DNA of 64,000 nucleotides from Candidatus Sericytochromatia bacterium (GTDB lineage: Bacteria; Cyanobacteriota; Sericytochromatia; UBA7694): assembly GCA_050248915.1 (NCBI GenBank), contig JBFWRL010000003.1, positions 54,839 to 118,838 of the forward strand, given 5' to 3'. Made by a program: the position numbers and the translations under genes. Shown here in pieces: positions 46,393 to 55,896 of this stretch. A model generated the notes under the pieces. It was not told the DNA's origin. It worked only from the letters and a program-made list of their open reading frames with translations, and searched no databases. Every line of letters begins with the position of its first letter. The first letter of the stretch is position 1.

Positions 46393-48174
46393 CTAACGCT
46401 TTTTAAACAGGGCTTTCCAGCCTTTGAGGGCCTTCAAGGGTTTTAAGTCTGGATCTGCTTTGATTTCTTCATCGGCGAGCCGGTAAGGAGAGTCGAGATG
46501 CCTGTCTAAATAGTCCAGGGCGGTATCCAAATGACACAAACGGGCATTGAGACAGGCCAAATCGTAACAGACATAACCGGGACAGATTGCTTCAATCACT
46601 TCAAAGTCGGCCATGGCCTGTCGGGGTTGGTCCAGATCCAAGACCCGGCAAAAGGCACGGAAATAATGGCACTGTACCCAAATATGGCTGGGTTCGACAT
46701 GGCTTTGGGGTTTAACCGGCCCCAGCAATTGGATTGCTTTGTCAAAATAGCCATGGGCTTCTTGGGATTGGCCTTTTTCAGAGGCCATTAAACCCAATTG
46801 CAAAACCGTCTGTGCCATGCTGGCAATCACGGGCAAACGCCGTGCTGGTGAGAGGTGTTTAAACTGCTTGAAAGCAGCGAGATAGTCCTGTTCAGCAGCC
46901 TGGGCCTCGCCACTTTCACGCAACAAATTGCCCCGTTCGAGAAAAGTCTGGGCCAACAGGGCTGTTTCTGAAGTTAAGGCCGGGGAGTTTAAGCCCCGAA
47001 TTGCTTGTTGGTAATGGGTCAAGGCCCTTTCAAGATCGCTGTTGTGATCTTGCCAGAGCCGCGCCAAATTGAGATGCAGGCGCACCTGCTCCAAAACAAA
47101 TGCCAATTGGGATTTTTGTTCAAGCGCCGCATAAAAGTACAGGGCAGCCAAAAAATCCACGCGGGCCAAGGTCTCGTTTTGGTCTTGCCACAAAAGCACC
47201 CCTCTGGCTGTGGCCAATCGGGCCTGGATCAGCAGGGCCTCTCGTTGCGGATAGGGGCCTTCTTCAACCAATTTCAGGGCCAAATCACAGTCTGTGATGG
47301 CGGCGGCATACATGTCCAAAGCCTGAAAGCCCTGGGAGCGGTTTAAGAGGGTGGAAACCAAATTTTGCCGGTTTTCTTGGCGGCCTTTGGCCAGCAATTC
47401 GAGATAGCGCTCAATGCTTTGGCTAAAGAGCTCAACAGCTTCAACATGTTGACCTTGGTGTTGATGTAAGAGGCCTAATTTGCGGGAGGATTCCGCCAAT
47501 TCTTGCAAATCGGGGGGCTGAGCAAAGGCATTTTGAGAGACAATAGCTTGGGTAAAGTCCGTCAAGGCCGCTTCTGTCAATTGTAAACTCTGTTGCAATT
47601 CCCCCCGGTTGCGGTAAACCTGGGCCAAAAGGCTGATCTGTTCCGGGCTCGACTCTTGCAGCGAAAGCAGACACATCACAGCCTGATTAAAATCTGCCAA
47701 GCCCAATTCCGGTTTGTCGATACATTGGTAGAGCAAACCGCGATTCAAACAGACCTGGGCCAACCACAGAGGGTGAATCGGGGTGGCAGATATGGCAAGA
47801 CCATACGCCAATTCGTAGGCTTCAAGGGCTGCTTTATAGCGGTTTTCTCGGCTTTCCAAATGGCCAATGGCCAAAAACAAGGGGATGAGATTTTCGTTGA
47901 GTTCTTGCACAAAGGTCTGGCCTTCACTTCGGGCCTGGGCCAAACATTCTTTTAAGGCTTTTAAAGCTTCGCTGGTTTTGCCCTCTTTTAGACAGAGCTC
48001 GGCCTGGCGCAAATGAAAACGGGCCAAATGCCTGGCTCCCAAGGGGGCTTGGGCAGGTGGGGCCCCCAGGGCAATGGCGCGGTTCGCGCTATCTATCACT
48101 GCAGGCAAAGACTTGCGCAAGGCCTTTTTTTTGGGGGGCAGGGTGCCAGGTCGAGAAGATAATTCGGATCCCAC
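46393..48174 (-). CDS. tetratricopeptide repeat protein
   Basis: 593 aa of recurrent 34-aa TPR-like units (for example ALEAYELAYGL, AAITDCDLALKL, AEQDYLAAFKQF). GTG start. Confidence 0.75.
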   Translation of the reverse strand: MGSELSSRPGTLPPKKKALRKSLPAVIDSANRAIALGAPPAQAPLGARHLARFHLRQAELCLKEGKTSEALKALKECLAQARSEGQTFVQELNENLIPLFLAIGHLESRENRYKAALEAYELAYGLAISATPIHPLWLAQVCLNRGLLYQCIDKPELGLADFNQAVMCLLSLQESSPEQISLLAQVYRNRGELQQSLQLTEAALTDFTQAIVSQNAFAQPPDLQELAESSRKLGLLHQHQGQHVEAVELFSQSIERYLELLAKGRQENRQNLVSTLLNRSQGFQALDMYAAAITDCDLALKLVEEGPYPQREALLIQARLATARGVLLWQDQNETLARVDFLAALYFYAALEQKSQLAFVLEQVRLHLNLARLWQDHNSDLERALTHYQQAIRGLNSPALTSETALLAQTFLERGNLLRESGEAQAAEQDYLAAFKQFKHLSPARRLPVIASMAQTVLQLGLMASEKGQSQEAHGYFDKAIQLLGPVKPQSHVEPSHIWVQCHYFRAFCRVLDLDQPRQAMADFEVIEAICPGYVCYDLACLNARLCHLDTALDYLDRHLDSPYRLADEEIKADPDLKPLKALKGWKALFKKR

Positions 48175-48225
48175 TGTCTCATTCGCCTCTCAATTGCTTC
48201 TTGAAAGAATATACCCGATCTGCGC

Positions 48226-49023
48226 TTATTTTAACAGGGCCCGTCTTTTTTCCAAAAATGGCAAAAGGGCCTTGAGGGTGCTGGGCGGATCTTCCAAATG
48301 CAGGGCATGGGCCACACCGGTCAGGATTTTGACCTCCGCTTGGGGCATCAGCGCCACCATTTCAGCATTGAGGGCCACATAGCGGCTGTCTTCTTCCCCA
48401 CAGAGACAGAGGCAAGGCAATTGCAACTCTGGCAAGTGGCCCCAAAGCAGGGGCTGAGAGCCACTGCCCAAGCGCAGCAGACTTTCTGCCAGTTTTTGCC
48501 CCGAATTGGCCTCACGCCGGGCCTGCAAATGTTTAAACATGGGCCGGTCTTGGAGTCGGCCAAAGAGGTCCTGGGCATACCATTGGGCAAAGGTCTCTGC
48601 CAACGGGGCTTTCTGAAAGGCCTCTGCCCACTGGTTTTCCCAGTTTTGACGGGAAAATCTCTCCGCCTGCGTTTTTAATCCTGGCGAACCCGAAATCAGC
48701 ACCAAACCTTGCAGGTGCGGGCGCAATTCTGGCTCCAAAGCCAAGGCCAGGGCCAAACGGGCCCCAAGGGAATAGCCGATCAAAACCCAGTTTCCCTTGG
48801 GCTCAGCCAAACACAGGGATTTCAGTTGGCTGACCGTTTCGCTAAAAGAGCCAATGGGGCTCCCATTGGCTCCGTGCCCCGGCAGATCTGGGGCCAGACA
48901 GTCATCCTTTTCGGACAGGGCCTGAAGATAAAAATCCCAATCTCTGTTGGATCCTGCAAAGCCGTGTAAAAAAAACAGTTTGAGTCGACTAGCGCAGGGT
49001 TTCAGGGCAGATCTCTTGGGCAT
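48226..49023 (-). CDS. alpha/beta hydrolase, MenH (SHCHC synthase)-like
   Basis: LFFLHGFAGSNRDW, nucleophile GYSLGARLAL, C-terminal GVAHALHLE. The longest ORF opens with TTG 49032, but ATG 49023 is preferred. Overlaps the 3' end of the MarR gene. Confidence 0.65.
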   Translation of the reverse strand: MPKRSALKPCASRLKLFFLHGFAGSNRDWDFYLQALSEKDDCLAPDLPGHGANGSPIGSFSETVSQLKSLCLAEPKGNWVLIGYSLGARLALALALEPELRPHLQGLVLISGSPGLKTQAERFSRQNWENQWAEAFQKAPLAETFAQWYAQDLFGRLQDRPMFKHLQARREANSGQKLAESLLRLGSGSQPLLWGHLPELQLPCLCLCGEEDSRYVALNAEMVALMPQAEVKILTGVAHALHLEDPPSTLKALLPFLEKRRALLK

Positions 49024-49498
49024 GTTTGCCAAGTTTGCGGCACAATTGTCGCAATTCTTCTTGCTCTTCGGCGCTAAGCACTTTCAGCAATGTGGTAATG
49101 CGCGCCACATGGGATGGAAAGATGTTTTCCATCAGGCTTTGCCCTTTGGCCGTAAGATGGATGCTGATAAAGCGCCTGTCCCGGCTGTCGCGTTGGCGCA
49201 GCACTAACTCTTGACGCTCCAAATTGTCGATCACCATGGTGATATTGCCGCTGCTTTTGAGCAGTTTATCGGCCAGGGCCTTTTGACACAGGGAGCCCAA
49301 ATGGTAAAGCGATTCCAAAACACCAAATTGGGTCTCAGTCAAACCCTGTTCCGACAGAGAGGTATTGATCTTGGCAGAGATCGAATCGGCAGCGCGAATC
49401 AGATTAATAAAGGCGTTTAAGGCCTGAATCTGATCAGTTGGGCCGCTAAAATGGGTGGGCATAGGTGACTCTTTGGCTTTTTTATTGTCGTTAAGCAA
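48989..49498 (-). CDS. MarR family transcriptional regulator
   Basis: Winged-helix region LTETQFGVLESLYHLGSLCQKALADKLLKSSGNITMVIDNLERQELVLRQRDSRDRR. The ORF opens with TTG 49498. ATG 49462 is an alternative start. Confidence 0.85.
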   Translation of the reverse strand: MLNDNKKAKESPMPTHFSGPTDQIQALNAFINLIRAADSISAKINTSLSEQGLTETQFGVLESLYHLGSLCQKALADKLLKSSGNITMVIDNLERQELVLRQRDSRDRRFISIHLTAKGQSLMENIFPSHVARITTLLKVLSAEEQEELRQLCRKLGKHAQEICPETLR

Positions 49499-49624
49499 GA
49501 TCGTTTAAGATTAAAGTATCAGCAAAAGACCAAACTTGTCAAATGAATACAATTACCGCTGAATCTGTTTCCCATGGTATTCTGAGTAACACCACAAGAC
49601 GCCCGCGGAGAAACAGTTTAACCC

Positions 49625-51127
49625 ATGAGCAGATACGATACAACCTTGATCTTTGAGCGCAGCAAACCCGGTCACCGTGGGGTGACTTTGCCAGCAGATC
49701 CCCAACCTGAGATGCGCCCAGAGAGTTTGATCCCAGCCTCATTTGTGCGCAAACGCGCTGCGGCTTTGCCCGAAGTGACAGAACTGGATGTGATGCGCCA
49801 TTTTATTACTCTTTCCCACAAAAATCATGCCATTGATGTGGATTTTTACCCGCTGGGTTCCTGTACCATGAAATACAACCCCAAAGTCAATGAGCGCGCC
49901 GCCCGGATGCCCGGTTTTGCCAATACCCATCCCTATCAGCCCCAAACTCAGATTCAGGGCTGTTTGCAATTGTTATTCGAACTCCAAACTTATCTCAGCG
50001 AAATTGTCGGCCTGCCTGGTTGCAGTTTACAACCAGCGGCTGGGGCCCATGGTGAAATGACAGGCATGTTGATGATTCGCGCTTTCCACCGTCACCACGG
50101 CAATACCGAGCGCAATTTGGTCTTGGTCCCCGACAATGCCCACGGCACCAATCCCTCCTCTGCTGCCATGTGCGGTTTTCAGGTCGTGACCCTGCGCTCG
50201 AATGCCTCCGGGCAAGTGGATATGGACCATCTCCACGAATTGCTGGAGAGCAAAGGCCCCCAAATTGCAGCCCTGATGATGACCAACCCCAATACCCTGG
50301 GCATTTTTGAAGAAAATATTTTGGACATCTCAGAAGCCGTCCACGCCGCAGGGGCCTTGATCTACTACGATGGAGCCAACCTCAACGCCATCATGGGCAT
50401 GGCCCGCCCCGGAGATATGGGCTTTGATGTGGTGCACCTCAATTTACACAAGACCTTTTCAACCCCCCATGGGGGCGGCGGCCCCGGTGCCGGACCTGTT
50501 CTGGTGCGGGATAAACTCATGCCGTTTTTGCCCTGCCCAGTGGTGGTGGATAATGGGGAACACGGCTATGGCCTTGATACCCACCGGCCCCTGTCTATCG
50601 GTCGGGTGCGCAGCTTCTTTGGCAATTTTGGCGTGCTCGTGCGGGCCTGGACCTACATTCGTGCCATGGGTCCCCAGGGGCTCAAACAGGCCAGTGTGGA
50701 TGCCGTGCTCAATGCCAATTATGTGCGCAAGCCCCTGAGTGAATTGTTTGAACTTCCCCATGGGGGAGATCGGCCCTGCATGCACGAATTTGTGCTCTCG
50801 GCCCAAAACCTCAAACGAGACCAAGGCGTCAATGCACTGTCGGTGGCCAAACGCCTGATTGACTTTGGCATTCACCCCCCCACTGTCTATTTCCCTCTGA
50901 TTGTGCCCGAAGCCCTGATGATTGAACCCACCGAAACCGAAAACCGGGCCACCCTCGATCGCTTTATTGCAGCCATGCAGCAAATTGCCCAGGAGTCGCA
51001 GGAAAATCCCGACTTTGTCAATCATGCCCCCCATGCGGCCCTGATCAAACGGGTGGATGAAGCGGGCGCCAACCGCAAACCCGCGATCAATTGGTTTATG
51101 GGACGTGAGGAGTTGCCCCATGTCTGA
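49625..51127 (+). CDS. gcvPB: aminomethyl-transferring glycine dehydrogenase subunit 2
   Basis: N-terminal LIFERSKPGHRG and PLP-lysine block HLNLHKTFSTPHGGGGPGAGPV. Typical 500-aa length. Confidence 0.92.
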   Translation: MSRYDTTLIFERSKPGHRGVTLPADPQPEMRPESLIPASFVRKRAAALPEVTELDVMRHFITLSHKNHAIDVDFYPLGSCTMKYNPKVNERAARMPGFANTHPYQPQTQIQGCLQLLFELQTYLSEIVGLPGCSLQPAAGAHGEMTGMLMIRAFHRHHGNTERNLVLVPDNAHGTNPSSAAMCGFQVVTLRSNASGQVDMDHLHELLESKGPQIAALMMTNPNTLGIFEENILDISEAVHAAGALIYYDGANLNAIMGMARPGDMGFDVVHLNLHKTFSTPHGGGGPGAGPVLVRDKLMPFLPCPVVVDNGEHGYGLDTHRPLSIGRVRSFFGNFGVLVRAWTYIRAMGPQGLKQASVDAVLNANYVRKPLSELFELPHGGDRPCMHEFVLSAQNLKRDQGVNALSVAKRLIDFGIHPPTVYFPLIVPEALMIEPTETENRATLDRFIAAMQQIAQESQENPDFVNHAPHAALIKRVDEAGANRKPAINWFMGREELPHV

Positions 51128-51965
51128 AGCGCCCCCCATTCTCACGCTCTATTCGCTCTCTGATTCCACAGGCCAAACAGCAGAGACCCTTTCCAAGGCG
51201 GCCATTCGCCAGTTTCGCCATGCCCAGGAGATCAAATATGTGCCGCTGCCCCGCATTACGCGCCAAGAGCAGATCGACAAAATTATCAAAATATTGGAAC
51301 AGTCCCGCCCCTGCATGATAGCTTATACCCTTTCGATTCCGGCCCTGAAAGAGTATATCGACCAACAGGCCGCACTTTACAAAATTCCGATTGTCAATTT
51401 GCTCGATCCCCTGATTCAGACCATCAGCAAACAATTGGGCATTACCCCTCCCCGCAATGAATTGGGCATGATGCACGAATTGGACGAAGAGTATTTTAAG
51501 CGGATTGAAGCAGTCGAATTTGCGATCAAACTCGATGATGGCAAAGACCCCAAAGGCATGGAAAAAGCGGATATTATCCTCGTGGGGGTCTCCCGCACAT
51601 CAAAAACGCCGACCTGTATGTATTTGGCCCAAAACTATGCCATGAAAGTCGCCAACAACCCTTTGGTCTACAATGTCGCTCCCCCCAAAGAGCTGTTTGA
51701 ACACAAAGACAAATGTGTCGGCCTCAAAATTCGCCCCGAAGTCTTACACGATATCCGCACAGCCCGGTTGCAGAGTTTGGGCCTGCCCGCTCACTCCTCT
51801 TACGCCGACTTTGAACAGATCAAAGTTGAAATGGACTATGCCGACCGGATTATCGAGGAACTCGGCTGCCCAATTGTCGATGTATCCCACAAAGCGGTCG
51901 AAGAAACCGCCACCGAGATCATGTATTTGCGTTTTCCCAAGCCCCATTCCAAAGAGCTGAAATAA
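51120..51965 (+). CDS. ppsR: pyruvate, water dikinase regulatory protein (kinase/pyrophosphorylase, DUF299)
   Basis: SDSTGQTAE and P-loop-like LVGVSRTSKTPTCMYLA. ATG 51120 overlaps the gcvPB stop (ATGTCTGA). The ORF opens earlier at 51057 inside gcvPB. Confidence 0.88.
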   Translation: MSEAPPILTLYSLSDSTGQTAETLSKAAIRQFRHAQEIKYVPLPRITRQEQIDKIIKILEQSRPCMIAYTLSIPALKEYIDQQAALYKIPIVNLLDPLIQTISKQLGITPPRNELGMMHELDEEYFKRIEAVEFAIKLDDGKDPKGMEKADIILVGVSRTSKTPTCMYLAQNYAMKVANNPLVYNVAPPKELFEHKDKCVGLKIRPEVLHDIRTARLQSLGLPAHSSYADFEQIKVEMDYADRIIEELGCPIVDVSHKAVEETATEIMYLRFPKPHSKELK

Positions 51966-51974
51966 CCGCCAGCT

Positions 51975-54900
51975 TTAAGCCAAACGCGCCAAATCCCTGC
52001 GCAATTCGCTGTAGGCAATGGGGTGGACTTGCTCTAAGCGTACCCCCCCATACCCCTCACTGCGGCGCAGGTGCACATGAAAGACATCGACCTCCGGGTA
52101 TTCTTTGAGCGCCCAGACGTGGTACTCAAGGCTCAAGTCCGCTTGCCAGCCCCGCCCGAGTGCCTTGCTGAGTTCCCCTTCTGACCCTTTGGGGGCTTTC
52201 CAGTCGGCTTGGTTGATCAAAGCCATGACTTTGCCCGAAGCCACTTTGCCCAGATCTGGCAAGGTTGTTTTGGCCAATTCAGATAAAGGGGCCACAAAGA
52301 CCTGCCGCTCCAATTGTTCAAAGGGTTGAACACGCCCCTCACGGGCCCACAGCTCGCGCCAATGCTGAAGGCTGGCCATCATTTCCAATGGGTGAACCAG
52401 TCCAATCTGTGCGCCCTCGGGAAGCGACACCGGCGCGCCTTCAAGATCGACAAAAGTGCCTTCGGCATTGAGACAAAAGCGCTGTTGGGGCAACTCTTCG
52501 GCTTGGCTATAACTGCCCCACACCAAGCCAAACAGCAGGGGCTTGAGCAGGGGATGATTTAAGACATCGCGCTCAAAAGCCTGCATTGACCAGCGCCTTC
52601 CCTGATACATGGCCCGCTCCAATCGCATTTTTTGAAAGACAATTTGTTTTTCAAGCTCCTTGTGGACCTGTTTAAAATTTTTGAGGGCCGCAGCTTGGCC
52701 TTTATTGGGCAATTTGGCCCTTTTTTGGCCCATGCTATCCCAGCATGTAAGCTCTCCCCCTGCCCCGATTTGCAGGCGCACCCACTGGCTTTCCCCCAAA
52801 TCAAAGTCTCTGCCGCTTTGGGCATCGAGCCCCATTTTGGGCACGAGCCGATCTCCCAGACCTTCAGACCCATCCGGGTTTTCAGCGGCCAATTTTCGCA
52901 TCAGCATGCCGGCTTTGTCTTGCACACTGGGAAAGCGGGTCTTGATCGACAATCTGTGAAGTTCGGGCCAGGCAGTTTCGACTTTTTCCATCGCCAAAAG
53001 CACGTCCAGCCCCAAGAGTGCGCGTTGTACCGAGCGCTCCCCTGGCCATTTTTCAATGCGGGGGACACATTGACGCACCGCTTCTTCTGCCCCCCAATGG
53101 GCCAGTCCCCAAAAGGCCCATTCATGTTTCAGGCTGCCACCCTCTCCCAACCAGAGTTCAAACAAACCCAGGGCAAAGGCTTCCAGACTCTCGGGGGTGC
53201 AAAGTGCTTTGACCGTTTCCACCCCGGCATAAGGCAAACCCGGGCTGTCGAGCATCAGGGTCAGCGCCAAGCAGTCCAGTGCAGCCAAAGGCAGACGCTC
53301 CCCACTTTTGAGCATGACCGGCGGCAATTGTTCTGGTTTCCAAAACGGGGGCAATTTGGGGCGTTTGGTGGGCCGAAAGTATAGGGGATTCTGGGTCAAA
53401 AGAGAGCCAAACGCCGATTCAACTTTGGGGCCAAATTCTGCAGCCAAAGTCTGAACTTCACTCGGACTGAGCAGGGGGGCCGCTGTTTCTGTGGCACGTG
53501 TCAGCAGCGATAGGGCCCGCAGAGCCTCGACTTGCAGCCCCAGTTTGGGGTTTAAACAGAGGGGAATCAACCCCCGCAGGGCGGTGGCTGGATGCCTGAA
53601 AAACCAGGTTTTGCAGACGCTTCGCTGTGAGGGGAGCCGTAGCCCTTTGAGCAAAAGGGGCACCACTTGGGGTGTGTCAAAATGACAGAGCGTGGGGTAA
53701 GTTGCCTCAGGAAATTTTTCGCACAGGGCAAAAAATCCGGGCAGGCCAGCCAAGCCAAAGCGCAGGGCCAATCTGTTGAGATCTTCCGTTTTGGGATCAT
53801 AGGGATTCCAGCGCTGGGGGGAACTTTCATTCCAGAATGTTAAAGCCGCCGGGTCTGAGAGCCAATCAAGGTGATGTAACATCACGTAGTCAAACCCAGC
53901 AAATCGTTTCAACATTTCGGGGTCACGTTGCGCCGTAAGAGGTGGTTTATCGTAAATATAGGGCCTTAAGACAGCATCACTTTCAATCACCGGCCGCGAA
54001 AAATCCATGCCCGCAGGCGCATCTGGCACAGCCAAATCAGTGCAACTCGGCCATGATTGGGCTTGAGCGGCAGAAAATTGCCAATGCTCTGGCTGAAAGT
54101 AGTCCGGCAAAGCGCTCACCATCGGTGCTTCGGGGGATTCAGGCAGCCACTGGCTCAGCTCTTTGGCATGGGTCAATTTAAGTGGGTCCAATGCCGCAGG
54201 GGGCAAACTGCGCAATAAACCTGTCAACAATGTTTCTGCTTCGGGATAAGCTTTGCGCTGTTTGAGTTTGTGCAGCAAGATTTGTACACCGATCAGCGGC
54301 TCAGCACTCAGCTGGAGATGGGCCTCTTTGCCAGCATCTTTGTGTTTGAGCAATTCCACCCAACAGTTCAGGGCCGCTTCTGAGTGAATGAGTTTGAGCA
54401 CCGCCACCGCTTTTTTGCGTGTGGCTGCCCGTTTGCCAGCCACAATCAGGGCATACAAGCTCAAGGTTGCAGCATGCCCGGCTCTTTCGAGCAGCCAATA
54501 CAGGGCGGGCTCATGCAAGAGCGAGAGGTTGTCCCACAGATCGGCGTGTTCTTTGGCTTTGGAGATAAAGTGTTGCGCCATCTGATCCAGCAGGGTTTGA
54601 TCGCGCAACCAAGGCCAGAGAAACCAGCCCGAGGCCCACAGTTCAGGGTCTTGAGTGGGATTGAGAGCCAGCCATTCGGATATATCAGCCTGCTGCCAAT
54701 CGCGCTCTTGAAAAAGGAGCCAGTCCAGCCCGAGACGCAAACTCAACGGGGCATCTTGGCGCAATTTTTCAAGTGAAGCGCTCAGGGCGTGGGCCTGATC
54801 CGCCTGCATCTGCGCCAGTTGGAGGCGCAAAGCCCAATTTTTGGCATTGCTCAAATCCCAGAGGGTCAGGGGCAGCGGGCGAGAAACACGGGAAATTTCG

Positions 54901-55739
54901 AAAACATATTTTTTATACTCAGAGCTGAATTTGACTTCAGAACGAATCGATCTGGCCTCAATCCAGGCCTGTACACAGCCAGCAGGCCCCAGTTCTTGCC
55001 AAAGATAATCTACGCCATGGCGGCGGCGACTGACAGTAAGCAGGATTGCCGCCAGTTCAGGAGAGACCTTTTGGGGTTGTCCAGTAATGGCCCATTCACG
55101 CGCAGCTTGGCCCAGAGCCTCCCATGCCGAATCTCCCACCCAGACACTGTCTTTGAGCAGTTTTTCCAATTCTGGCAGCAGTTTTTTCCAAGCCAAAGTC
55201 CGGTCATCTGCCGGGCCCAAGACTTTGACTTCACCTGGATAAGAAAAATTGTAATACTGTGCCACCAACTCCTTTTCACGCAATTTGGGGGTCCATTTGA
55301 TACTGGGAGTAAGGGTCGCAAGACCCGAATGAGCCAGGGTAGTGCCAGATGCAGGTTCTGGTGGCGGGAGAGCCGTCTCGGATTTTGCCTTGGTTTTTGT
55401 CGCGGGTTTTGCTGCACTTTTGGCCTTGGGGGTGACGGGGGTCGGAGAAGGGGTTGCGCTGGCCAGCACATGGGATGAAATATCTGCCGGAACAGGGTGC
55501 GAAACTTCAGGCGAGGCTGGCTGTGAAGAGCCCGTTTCAAGGGGGAGATAGCCTTTTTTTAATTTGGCTTTGAGCTGTTGCTGGAGAAATTGTTCGGCCT
55601 CCGCTTCAGAGCCAAAGTTTTTGACCTGGCTTTGACCTGCCGTGCCCGAGCGGCCCCATTTGAGCAGCACTTCCTGGCCTTGTCTTTCTATTTGCCAAAA
55701 TTTATCCGCATTGCCCTCTGTAAAACCCAGCTTAACCAT
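51975..55739 (-). CDS. MolR-like WGR domain / DUF4132 domain-containing protein
   Basis: N-terminal WGR domain (DKFWQIERQGQEVLLKWGRSGTAGQSQVKNFGSEAEAEQF...KGY). C-terminal region with DUF4132-like blocks (LNHPLLKPLLFGLVWG, GLVHPLEM, VQPFEQLERQVF). ATG 55739 has a GAAGGG SD. The ORF opens at 55841. Confidence 0.75.
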   Translation of the reverse strand: MVKLGFTEGNADKFWQIERQGQEVLLKWGRSGTAGQSQVKNFGSEAEAEQFLQQQLKAKLKKGYLPLETGSSQPASPEVSHPVPADISSHVLASATPSPTPVTPKAKSAAKPATKTKAKSETALPPPEPASGTTLAHSGLATLTPSIKWTPKLREKELVAQYYNFSYPGEVKVLGPADDRTLAWKKLLPELEKLLKDSVWVGDSAWEALGQAAREWAITGQPQKVSPELAAILLTVSRRRHGVDYLWQELGPAGCVQAWIEARSIRSEVKFSSEYKKYVFEISRVSRPLPLTLWDLSNAKNWALRLQLAQMQADQAHALSASLEKLRQDAPLSLRLGLDWLLFQERDWQQADISEWLALNPTQDPELWASGWFLWPWLRDQTLLDQMAQHFISKAKEHADLWDNLSLLHEPALYWLLERAGHAATLSLYALIVAGKRAATRKKAVAVLKLIHSEAALNCWVELLKHKDAGKEAHLQLSAEPLIGVQILLHKLKQRKAYPEAETLLTGLLRSLPPAALDPLKLTHAKELSQWLPESPEAPMVSALPDYFQPEHWQFSAAQAQSWPSCTDLAVPDAPAGMDFSRPVIESDAVLRPYIYDKPPLTAQRDPEMLKRFAGFDYVMLHHLDWLSDPAALTFWNESSPQRWNPYDPKTEDLNRLALRFGLAGLPGFFALCEKFPEATYPTLCHFDTPQVVPLLLKGLRLPSQRSVCKTWFFRHPATALRGLIPLCLNPKLGLQVEALRALSLLTRATETAAPLLSPSEVQTLAAEFGPKVESAFGSLLTQNPLYFRPTKRPKLPPFWKPEQLPPVMLKSGERLPLAALDCLALTLMLDSPGLPYAGVETVKALCTPESLEAFALGLFELWLGEGGSLKHEWAFWGLAHWGAEEAVRQCVPRIEKWPGERSVQRALLGLDVLLAMEKVETAWPELHRLSIKTRFPSVQDKAGMLMRKLAAENPDGSEGLGDRLVPKMGLDAQSGRDFDLGESQWVRLQIGAGGELTCWDSMGQKRAKLPNKGQAAALKNFKQVHKELEKQIVFQKMRLERAMYQGRRWSMQAFERDVLNHPLLKPLLFGLVWGSYSQAEELPQQRFCLNAEGTFVDLEGAPVSLPEGAQIGLVHPLEMMASLQHWRELWAREGRVQPFEQLERQVFVAPLSELAKTTLPDLGKVASGKVMALINQADWKAPKGSEGELSKALGRGWQADLSLEYHVWALKEYPEVDVFHVHLRRSEGYGGVRLEQVHPIAYSELRRDLARLA

Positions 55740-55819
55740 GTTTACTGCCCTTCTTTTCAAAACTGTGCGGGATTCGTTCACCTTCAAATTGAGCCCATGG
55801 AGACTGAGCCCATTGAGAT

Positions 55820-55847
55820 TTACTTCCGCTATTTCCTCCATTATAAT
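55820..55847 (+). promoter_or_regulatory. candidate sigma70-type promoter for the 600-aa orphan
   Basis: TTACTT, 16 nt, then a perfect TATAAT (55842-55847), 50 nt upstream of ATG 55897. Preceded by the direct repeat tgagcccat x2. Confidence 0.3.
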
Positions 55848-55896
55848 ACAGAAGTATACAGGTGCAACAAGTTTTTTTTGAGGCTGGTTTTTTTCG

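Noticed and set aside
49499-49624. Possible glycine riboswitch upstream of gcvPB
   Set aside because: I could not find the conserved GGAGAG...CACCG...CTCAGGCAAAAGGAC-type aptamer cores. At 126 nt, part of which must be promoter, the region is too short for a tandem aptamer.
52632-55478. Several 100-250-aa plus-strand ORFs (52632-53384, 54384-54776, 54789-55478) inside the WGR/DUF4132 gene
   Set aside because: All are antisense to a 3.8-kb ORF with recognisable WGR and DUF4132 blocks. Their translations are Gly/Arg/Phe-rich with no motifs.
55740-55841. N-terminal extension of the WGR protein to the first in-frame start at 55841
   Set aside because: The WGR domain begins right after Met at 55739, which has a GAAGGG SD. 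The extension would also cover the perfect TATAAT promoter element of the divergent gene.
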